From positions 4,448,402 to 4,489,562 of the forward strand of contig NC_069008.1 in the NCBI RefSeq assembly GCF_001194135.2: DNA of 41,161 nucleotides, in the 5' to 3' direction. Positions 10,961 to 19,658 of this stretch are shown piece after piece. Below the pieces are notes generated by a model, which worked only from the letters and a program-made list of their open reading frames with translations, was not told where the DNA came from and made no database searches. The DNA comes from Octopus bimaculoides (taxonomy: Eukaryota). The position numbers were made by a program, and so were the translations under genes. Within the stretch, counting starts at the first letter, position 1, and every line of letters starts with the position of its first letter.

Positions 10961-11117
10961 TACAGTAAGTAAAAAATATATTATTAGTACCAGTCTAAGT
11001 TCTGGGATTGACAGTAACAACTAACCCCACCACTAAAAATATCAGGGTTTGTACTTAAATCTTCTTCCTCCTTCTCTTACCACCACCACTGCCACCGCCA
11101 CCGCCACCACCACCATT

Positions 11118-11336
11118 GGTGATGAGCTGGCAGATTCATTAGAGCATAAAATAATGCTTTGCAGTGTTTCTTCTGGTTTTTTACAGTCTGAGTCCAAATC
11201 CCTTGGGGTCGACTTTGCTTTTCATCCTTCCAAAGTCTATAAAATAAAGTACCAGTCAAGTACTAGGGTTGATGGTATTGACTAGCCTCCTCTCCTTGAA
11301 ACTGCTGGCCTTCTACCTATATCAGAAACCATTTAA
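11118..11336 (+). mobile_element. tRNA-derived SINE (same family as 1852), diverged, copy 1 of a second tandem pair
   Basis: GGTGATGAGCTGGCAGATTCATTAG head; GGTCGACTTTGCTTTTCATCC; ATAAAGTACCAGTC. Confidence 0.75.
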
Positions 11337-11558
11337 GGCAGTGAGCTGGTAAGAATCATTAGTGCATTGGAATATATGCTTTGTGGTATTTGTTCTGACT
11401 CTACATTCTGAGTTCAAATCCAGTTAAGATGAACTTTTCTTTCATCCCTCTGAACAGATAAAATGAAGTACCAGTCAAGGTTTAGTGTTGATGGTATAGA
11501 CTATTTTCTGTACGTCAAAATTACTGTCCTTGTTCCTAAATTAGAAATCATTATTATT
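11337..11558 (+). mobile_element. tRNA-derived SINE, copy 2 of the second tandem pair
   Basis: GGCAGTGAGCTGG head, GAGTTCAAATCC B box, ATTATTATT tail. Confidence 0.75.
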
Positions 11559-11559
11559 A

Positions 11560-12000
11560 AACTCTTCATGCATGGAAGTGCCATCAACTGGGCCTATCTG
11601 AGTTGTGTACAGAGTAACAAAACTGATTTGCATTTAATCCAGTGTCTGAGCATTATTCACTTGTGGAGTCATGATGGACACCTACTGTCACATGTAGGAT
11701 GGATCTAACTTTCAGCTGAGTCCATTGTGAGGATCTTTTATGGTGAGGTCTTCTTTTGACAGAGAAGGAAAGGCAGTGTTTATCTGACTTGTGGCTTTGA
11801 CAAAAGAGGTTGTGTGATGGATCAGATTGAAAGGGCTGAAGACAGACACCTTCTTTGGCCAAACCCTCATCAACTTTTTCAAGTTTCTCTTGAAAAGGAA
11901 AATGAGAATAGAGAGAGTGGCACTAATTTCCAGCAAATTTGTTGGAAAGTGGATGATAGTGACAAGTATGGTCTGAATAAACGGACCTGCTACAATCATG
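11560..12000 (+). mobile_element. Degenerate 3' fragment of an L1/Tx1-clade LINE
   Basis: Frames read SCVQSNKTDLHLIQC (decayed CCHC knuckle) and SFDREGKAVFI*LVALTKEVV*WIRLKGLKTDTFFGQTLINFFKFLLKRKMRIER, resembling Tx1 ORF2 C-termini; many stops. Confidence 0.5.
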
Positions 12001-12266
12001 TGCCTGTAGACAGAAGCACGACAATTGTGAGAGATGGATTAATTGCCACTGTGAATGGAACAATAAATTAGGTTTCCTGTCCCATTCTGTATTTTAAAGA
12101 TATTAACTAATTAAGGAAATTATCCCAGTCATCATTAATGAAGAACAAATATATGAACAGGAATTGATGTAATGGTGACGGTGGTGAAGATGAGGAGGAT
12201 GAATATTAACAAAATACAGCTTATCTTAGGAAACACAAAAATGACCAGGAAAAAGATTATACTTAC

Positions 12267-12590
12267 AATTGCCTTCTAAAAACACTTCAAAGAATCCATT
12301 CCAGTCTCCATCATAGTGGTAGAATGAGTTCAGCTGGAATGTATGGTGGTAGGCAGAAACAGCAATATCACGTGGGTTTCGTGACATGAAAATCATTTTA
12401 GATTTTTTGGTAAATATCTCTTTTGGTAAATGATGCAAGAGCAGGTGATTGTTTAGAACTCTGGGTGATGGAAGTTTGTCTAGTTGGTCTTGACCTGAAT
12501 ATTCCAGCATTGCACTATCCTTTACAACTGAGATATATTCAGCAGAACCATTAAGTAACATTCCGCAGATTTCCCACATCCAGTGACAAC
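12267..12590 (-). CDS. Cytosolic sulfotransferase, coding exon 2
   Basis: Acceptor caaacatAG, phase 1; (G)CHWMWEICGML...PSPRVLNNHL (catalytic His)...SRNPRDIAVSAYHH (3'-phosphate-binding R and S)...FFEVFLEGN; donor GTAAGT, phase 1; 324 nt. Confidence 0.95.
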
Positions 12591-12762
12591 CTATGTTTGA
12601 AAAATTGAAATCTCAAAAGTAGAATGAAAATACTAACTCATGCCACACTCGTATATTACCATAATAGCTACAAGAACCATGTGTAATTGTAAGAGGAAAC
12701 ACATACAAACATTTTCACATATTTACACACATACAGAAACTGTCAGCATATATATATATATA

Positions 12763-12916
12763 TGTCCCCGTCACTTAGCGGTTCGGCAAAAAGAGACCGA
12801 TAAAATAAGTACTAGGCTTACAAAGAATAAGTCCTGGGGTCGATTTGCTCGACTAAAGGCGGTGCTCCAGCATGGCCGCAGTCAAATGACTGAAACAAGT
12901 AAAAGAGTAAAAGAGA
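12763..12916 (+). mobile_element. CORE-type SINE 3' part, little diverged
   Basis: GTCCCCGTCACTTAGCGGTTCGGCAAAAAGAGACCG...GGCGGTGCTCCAGCATGGCCGCAGTCAAATGACTGAAACAAGTAAAAGAGTAAAAGAG between (TA)n tracts. Confidence 0.85.
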
Positions 12917-12917
12917 G

Positions 12918-12983
<66 letters not shown>

Positions 12984-14780
12984 GTTTCTGTATGTATATG
13001 TGTTTCTGTATCTGTATGTGTGTAAATATATATGTGTGTGTGTATAAGAAACAAGTTAAAAATAATGGCCATTACATATTTTTCCTTTGCTGGAGCAAAT
13101 TTGGCTTTCAGCTGTTTCCAGTAGTTATTATAGGTACATTACTGGTAGGTTTACTCAATTGGTCTATTAATCAATTGAGGAACACTGAAAGACCAAAGAA
13201 AATTAATGCTACTTTCATCAGAGCCATTTCTGGTTATAACAGAAATGACCATTATTTTTAATTTGTTTCTTATATATCACTCTGTGTAAAAACCAATTTG
13301 TCTAGAACCCATCCACATATTTACAATATAGAATTGCGATGAACTATAACTTTGAACCCTGCCACAAGATTACCTGGAGTTCTTCACTAATTTAAATAAT
13401 ATTGTCAGCCTGGTGTGCCAACAGAAAACTTATGAAGTATTTTGCCCAGATTCATAACCCTTCACTATTAATTCTATATATATATATAAATAATTTCATT
13501 TGGGTATTAACCCTGGAGTTTACCCTATTAAGCTCAGCTACCAGACAAGACAATCATCTAGAGAGTGTTTGTTTTTATCAAACACCTGTCTGAAAATCAA
13601 CAAATATCTGTAGAAATTTTACAATTACAAACAAGAAGAATGGAATGAGCAAGCCTTTTTAATACATTCATTTACAATTGTTTCATCTGAACTTGATCTC
13701 ATAAATCTTGCTATATTATGCAATAATATATACAACTCTTGATTACTCTGCAAGTGGTATTGAATGGCACATGCTAAATCAGACTGATCATAATTACATA
13801 TAAAGGCACATGACTTATATGCATTCCTGATGAGTCTGATTTGGTCATCATTTCAATTGCACCTGATGAATCAATAGTTGCAAATATTATTGCATAATAT
13901 AGTAAGATTGATGAGATCAAATTCTGATGAAACAATTGCAAATGAATGTATTAAAAAGACTTACTGCACTCTTCTTGTTTATAATTATACTGCTATCCTT
14001 ATGAACAGCAAAATTTGTTTGTTTATTTGTTTGTACATTGACTGCAGAAAACACTGAATAAAATTAATAAATGGAAGTGGAGAGACAAGTTACTGAAGAG
14101 ATTGCAAGAGTGCAATGAAATAATTTAACAAAAAACTATATAAATTAATAAAGGACTGAACCAGTGCGTGTGTTTATTACCGGCATAATGCCTCTCCCAA
14201 GGTTTAATTGTATTTCTTTCAACACACGTATCCACATCAAGAATCTTGCACACGAAATACACATACGAAAATTGATAATATTTTTGGTTTTTCATGTCAT
14301 TTCAATTAATTTGATCATTCTGCAGATAACCGTGCATCTATTTTTCAAAAACGGAATGGTGGAGGCCACGTTGGTGGTGTATTGGCTCCTATTTCTAGGA
14401 ATCTACATACTATCTATTTCACCATAAGGTTTTGTTTACAGATAGGGTATGCTTACACAAGAGTGCTCCAACAAATTTGTTTCTTCATAACTTTCGGGAA
14501 AATGGATATCTTTAAATAAAATTTTCTACAAATATGCTTCTAATGGTGTAGATTCCAACTATATCAGAACTTGCCGTGAAATCCTTTTCTCACTCTGATC
14601 AAAGCTGAATTGTTTGAGAATAGGAATATGTATATACTAGGACCACGACTACAGAGACATCTCCACTACAACTATCAAGATTACCACCACCAATACTAAC
14701 AATAATCCTTTTTCAGAAAACAGGAGAATTAAAAAAATGATATATATATGTGTGTGTGCGTGTGTATATATATTATTTTG

Positions 14781-15055
14781 GGTAATCTTCAAGTTTAGGG
14801 GGATAAAAAAAAAAAATTTTCAAGGGAAATAACTGAATGACTTACCAGTATTATCCGTTTTCTTCTAGCTGTTTATAAATAAATCACACCCTAACCCTAA
14901 TCCTAACCCTAACCACCCTAACCCTAACGTCAATCAAATCATGTGTGTGATTTATTTCTCAACAGAGATGTATGGAGAATACTGGTAAGACGTTCAGTTA
15001 CTTCCCTTGAATATTTTTATTTATTTTTTTTATCGCCCTAAACTTGAAGATTACC
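14781..15055. mobile_element. Foldback/MITE element with a (CCCTAA)n core
   Basis: GGTAATCTTCAAGTTTAGGG...AAATCACAC arm pairs with GTGTGATTT...CCCTAAACTTGAAGATTACC; six CCCTAA-type units at 14889-14927. Confidence 0.8.
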
Positions 15056-15559
15056 TTATTTTGCTTGTTTAGAAGAGGAGAAAGAAGGAGGAGTGAGTAG
15101 ACATGCTTTCTTCTACTGTCTACTCTCTCCTTTTCCCCCCCATTCCTTCGTCCTTTCTCCTCTTCTAAACAAGCAAAACAACATACACACACATACATAC
15201 ACATCATTTAAAAAAATTCTAATGTATATATTCACAAACATGTTAATGTGTATATAAAGAGAGAAGAGGAGAGAAAAAGAGATACTTTTGAAAACAATGA
15301 CTCAATCAAGAATGACCAAAAATATTTCCCCACCCTATCCCCTCCAATTTCTCTTCTCTTCAAATGCCAATCCCACTATTGAATTCTGTGATTAGGCTAA
15401 AACTACTATATTATCTACTACCTCATCCAATTTTTCCCTTCTCTCACTTCCCTATACTTTTTATTTATTTATTTATATTTATTTTTCTTTCTCTTCTTTC
15501 TTCCCTTCTTCTATTACTTATTTCTCCCCTCATTTATATACCCCTTACATACTGTGCCC

Positions 15560-15960
15560 TCCACACACTGATTGAATCTTTGCTTCAACATGTACCTTCT
15601 TGTGACAATGTAGTCCTTAATCTAATCACAATATCCTTGGCCTGAAGAGTAGCTGGTGGTATACACCTCACTTGGATTTTCCTGCTTTCGAGGTTCCACT
15701 TGCTATGAAACATATGTAGCCCAGATTTCTCATACTCCATTCTGTAACTCTTGTATTCTTTTTTTGCATGCTTGGCAACGCTGGTTGCCTACCGAGGAAT
15801 ATAGAAAGAACTTTTTTTCAGCTCATCGTTCTTTGAGAAAAGACAAAAAAGTCCGCAATCTTAATAAACCACTATTGTTCCTGAAAGTTGTTTTTTTATA
15901 TTCAATACAGATTCCTTGAAGCTAACTTTCTTCCTACATCTCAATCCCTGGATCTTACAT
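15560..15960 (+). mobile_element. Possible Penelope-like element pseudo-LTR relic around the hammerhead
   Basis: Hammerhead followed by a basic ORF stub (EEYRKNFFSAHRSLRKDKKVRNLNKPLLFLK) loosely like PLE ORF N-termini. Inference only; no RT or GIY-YIG is visible. Confidence 0.35.
15636..15724 (+). ncRNA. Putative type I hammerhead ribozyme
   Basis: Helix I CTTGGC/GCCCAG; core CTGAAGA 15642-15648; helix II GTAGC..GTGG/CCAC..GCTAT; GAAA 15707-15710; helix III AC-(ATAT)-GT; GTA cleavage triplet 15716-15718. Confidence 0.7.
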
Positions 15961-15961
15961 T

Positions 15962-15964
<3 letters not shown>

Positions 15965-16026
<62 letters not shown>
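15965..16026. repeat. (AT)n microsatellite
   Basis: Perfect dinucleotide tract. Confidence 0.95.
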
Positions 16027-16029
<3 letters not shown>

Positions 16030-16074
16030 GCATTTAGTCATAAGGTACACATGTGAAATTTTATTAAAATTCAG

Positions 16075-16184
16075 CACTTATTCTATTGGTCTCTTTTGCC
16101 AAACCATTAAGTTACAGGAATGTAAACAAACCAATACTGGTTGTCATGCAGTAGTGAGAGGGACTAACACACACACAAACACAT
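16075..16184 (-). mobile_element. CORE-type SINE internal fragment
   Basis: TTATTCTATTGGTCTCTTTTGCCAAACC...TGTAAACAAACCAATACTGGTTGTCA is a diverged reverse complement of about 6610-6710. Confidence 0.65.
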
Positions 16185-16229
16185 ACTAGGCGTAAGTAAT
16201 GTGTTTTTAAGCAATTAGTAAGACGTCAT

Positions 16230-16383
16230 ACCATAGATAGTTTACAAGCTAATTAAAAAGTGTCCTTGCAATCAACCGATCAGCACAGAGTCAATGACCA
16301 AAAGTTAATGTGTACAAATGCTGTTTGTGGATATGCTCTATCTGATAGACCAAGATTTAATGGGCTGCATTTTTGGCTTTGCA
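16230..16383 (+). repeat. Direct repeat, copy A (154-bp core)
   Basis: Matches 17914-18067 at an offset of 1684 bp. Confidence 0.9.
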
Positions 16384-16770
16384 TTCTGGATGAATTTCAC
16401 AAGGGGATATCAATGCAAACGTGTTCAAGGGAAAACATGTGTGCTTCATGACACTGAATATTTCATCTATCTGCATCTGCATTTAGATTAGATATAAAAA
16501 TTAAATTTACCACAAAATAAGCTTCAGTAAAAGAGTTAATGAAGTTAATGAAGATAAAGTGCATTTAGATTCAGGAAAGGTTTGTTATTTGTTGAAAAGG
16601 AAACCATGTAGCACAAAGTCAGTCCCAATGGGAATGGAGTTTTGAAAGAAGTATTATAAAAAAATGTTTAAGAAGTGATCTGAGAGCTGAGATAATAGCA
16701 GACAAAAGAGAACTAAGAGATAAGCATACGCATGACTGGGGAATGATGGTAGTGATAAAAGAATACATAC

Positions 16771-16936
16771 CAGCTTTAAAATAGCCTAGAAGAAAAACAT
16801 CATCATCTCTTACTGGCATATCTGGAAGTCTGTCCATATTTTCTTGAATATTTGGAAATGACGGCAGCAAAAATCCATTGTAATCATAGCTGAGTATTTG
16901 ACATCCGGCAGGATCTTTATGGTAAACTTCAGGCAT
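16771..16936 (-). CDS. Cytosolic sulfotransferase, coding exon 1
   Basis: ATG at 16936 with an in-frame TAG upstream and an acceptor (ttttcacAG) giving exon start 16956; MPEVYHKDPAGCQILSYDYNGFLLPSFPNIQENMDRLPDMPVRDDDVFLLGYFKA+G; donor GTATGT, phase 1; 166 nt. Confidence 0.9.
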
Positions 16937-17078
16937 GTTGTAACTCTATGGAATCTCTGTGAAAATACAATATTTCATATATGAGTCAAATATATGTATG
17001 TGTGCGTACATGTGTATACATACACATATACATATGTATGTACACACATATGTGTGTGTGTGTGTGTGTGTATGTATA

Positions 17079-17872
17079 TTCTTCTTAGGTTCGTTGGTGC
17101 CTTTGAGTGGCACATCGGGCAGTCAGTGATCCCCAATTATCTCCATCTCTGGTCAATTGGTATGCTCTTCTCAGGTGATGTTCAGTCTGCATAGGTCTTC
17201 TTTGAAGGTACTATGCCATGTCTTTTTTGGCCAGCCTCTTTTTCTCTCACCTTCCAGTGGCATCTAGTCCATGGCTGTTTTAGCAAACCTTTCCTCTAGC
17301 AGTCTTAGTATGTGTCCAGCCATTTTCATTCGAATTTCAGTTGCAGTTGCATGCAGGGGCCTTGTCCTTGGTGCTTGGAGAATGGCTTCATTTGTCACTG
17401 TATTGATAAGTGATTCTTAGGATCTTTCTGGGGCACTGCTGATGAAATACATTGAGCTGATGGGTGATTTTTGCTGTCATCTTCCAGGTCTCAGTTGCAT
17501 AGATCACTATTGGCAGTATTGCTGTTTTGTACAGATGAATCTTCAGCTCTATACTTATGTTTTGCTACACCAAAGTGTTGTTAGTCTTCTAAAAACTGCC
17601 ACTGTCTTGCCAGTTTTCAGCTGTCTGTGCTTTGCTGTTGCTTGTCACTATGCTTCCTAGATATGTGAAGCTTGTAACTTCTTCAACTGGTTCTTGTCTA
17701 ACTTTCACTTGTACACTTCCTACTTGTTTCTCAACTTGCTTTACCTTCATTTTTTGACCGCTGTTTCTCAAGCCATGGATGACATTGCCCTACTGGCAGA
17801 AAATTGCCCAACATTACAAGAAATGACAACAAAAATGGAAAGGGAAGCAGCAAAACTGGGTTGATAATCAGC
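17079..17872 (-). mobile_element. RTE-like LINE (second family), 5'-truncated, with inverted 5' segment
   Basis: Minus 17774-17079: GLRNSGQK..EEVTSFTYLGS..IYATETW..MAGHILR..RGWPKKTW, then a short (AAG) tail. Plus 17775-17872: xDDIALLAENCPTLQEMTTKMEREAAKLG (RT YADD region). Confidence 0.82.
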
Positions 17873-17913
17873 ATACACACACACACAAGGAGTAAGTAAT
17901 GTTTTATTTTCAC

Positions 17914-18067
17914 ACCAAAGATGGTTTACAAGCTAATTAAAAAGTGTCCTTGCAATCAACTAATCAGCACAGAATCAATGACCAAAGGTTAATGTGTACA
18001 AATGATGTTTGTGGATATGCTCTCTCTGATAGACCAAGATTTAATGAGCTGCATATTTGGCATTGCA
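17914..18067 (+). repeat. Direct repeat, copy B
   Basis: Matches 16230-16383. Confidence 0.9.
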
Positions 18068-18339
18068 CAATGAATTGTATGATGTAAAAAAGAAAAGGAA
18101 AAAATGTTTCATAGGCTTATTAAATGAACCTTACTTGTCAGTCTTCTTATGTTGGAAAGGAAATCCTATGCATTATTGACATGATCATTTGATTGCTTTG
18201 AGGAGTACCTTTTTCAATATTTATGCTAAATAAGCATTTATTTTTACATTCAAATGTTTTTTTTTCTTTACAGATTACTTTATACCATAATGTTTACATC
18301 TGTATTAACTTCACCCTTTGAAAAATAGTTTAGATCAGA

Positions 18340-18810
18340 CCCATATCAGATACTGCATGGTGCATGCATCAAAAAAGGCCCCATTGGCAACGGAAGTGAA
18401 AAGAAATATTTGTCCTGTCTATGGAAATGGCTTAAGTGTCTAGACATGCGAACAAGGGTTTGGCCAGTTTCATCAGGAAATTATTTTCTTGTAGACTCTT
18501 TTCAATCTGGAAGACTAAGTTCTGTTAATATTGAACTTCTGAAAACTGTAGCCGAAGGAAATCCAAACAATGTGCATGAGAATTAGCAAAACAGATTAAT
18601 TCAAGTTACACTTTGGTCATAAAGTATCTTCATAAACTAGGAAAATTGTCTGAACTTGGGTGAGTGGATCCCTCATCATCTTACTGCTTCTCAGCTAAAT
18701 AAAAGAGTTGTTTCTGCTTGTCAATGAAGAACAGGCTTGCTACCAAACCTTTCTTGGGAAGAATCATCACAAATGATGAAAAATGGGCTCTCTATAATCA
18801 TATCCAATGA
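18340..18810 (+). mobile_element. Degenerate mariner transposase fragment
   Basis: Remnants HIRYCM, SGRLSSVNIELLK, EWIPHHL (WVPHEL motif) and RIITNDEKW (first catalytic D motif); frameshifted. Confidence 0.75.
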
Positions 18811-19357
18811 AAATGACAATCATTAGCATCCAATAAATTGTACACACAATCAAATCTTTACCAATCCAGTTAACTTGACTATGTGAAAACGAGATCTGCA
18901 TTGATTTATTTCTAGTATTAGTATATGAATGCTCATCAGGTTTGTGGGTACTGTCATTAGGTATATAATTAATTTTGTACTGATAGTCACTACTATTGAG
19001 GGCCTCATAATACCAGGCATATCATTAAACATTTTCTTATTAGCTGATAATCTAGATACCCTTGTCATCAGTAGTAATTATCTACTTGTAACTGGATGAT
19101 ACTGATGATGTTCAAGGAAGTAAACTCTGGATTAGTAATACCACCACTGCTGCTAGACATTTTATGCTTGTTACTGATATGCTTATGTACTTTTTAACCT
19201 TACACAATTTTACGAGATGCTGTCTCAAGATGAATACTGCAATTATGAGGCTTTCTACAGTATATCTGCATTAAGTAAGATTTACAGAATGCTATTTTGA
19301 ACTAATACTGCTTCAGTCACTAATAATGAATCTCTCTCTTCCTCTGTGTATAGTAAA

Positions 19358-19658
19358 GGCACATGGTTTAGAGGTTAAGGCAATGGGATCATGATCGTGA
19401 GTTCGATACTCAGCAGTGTGTCGTGCCTTTGAGCAAGACTCCTTACTTCATATTACTCCAGTCTACTCAGCTGGCTAAAATATGAGCAGTATCTGCATTT
19501 CAAAAGGTCAGCTTTGTCACATCCTGAATCTCTTTCAGAACTATATTAAAGGTATGTGTGTCTGTAGAGTGCTCAACTGCTTCTGTATTAATTTTACAAG
19601 TAGGCTGTGCCATTGATTGGATCAACTGGAACTACCATTGTTATAACTGACAGAATGC
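19358..19658 (+). mobile_element. tRNA-derived SINE (third family), diverged
   Basis: A-box-like GGCACATGGTTTAGAGGTTAAGG, B-box-like GAGTTCGATACTC, then CTTTGAGCAAGAC..CTCCAGTCTACTCAGCTG central-domain-like block. Confidence 0.6.

Noticed and set aside
11814-12071. 85-aa plus-strand ORF as a nested gene
   Set aside because: It overlaps, in another frame, a decayed Tx1-like LINE fragment and has no recognisable domain.
13774-13945. Cluster of TGATGA/CTGATGA motifs with short inverted repeats (hammerhead- or C/D snoRNA-like)
   Set aside because: The best fold (CTGATGA 13863, ATCAAT/ATTGAT) is followed by GAGA rather than GAAA with no NUH in register. C boxes lack the preceding purine, there is no terminal stem, and the motifs are antisense to the host intron.
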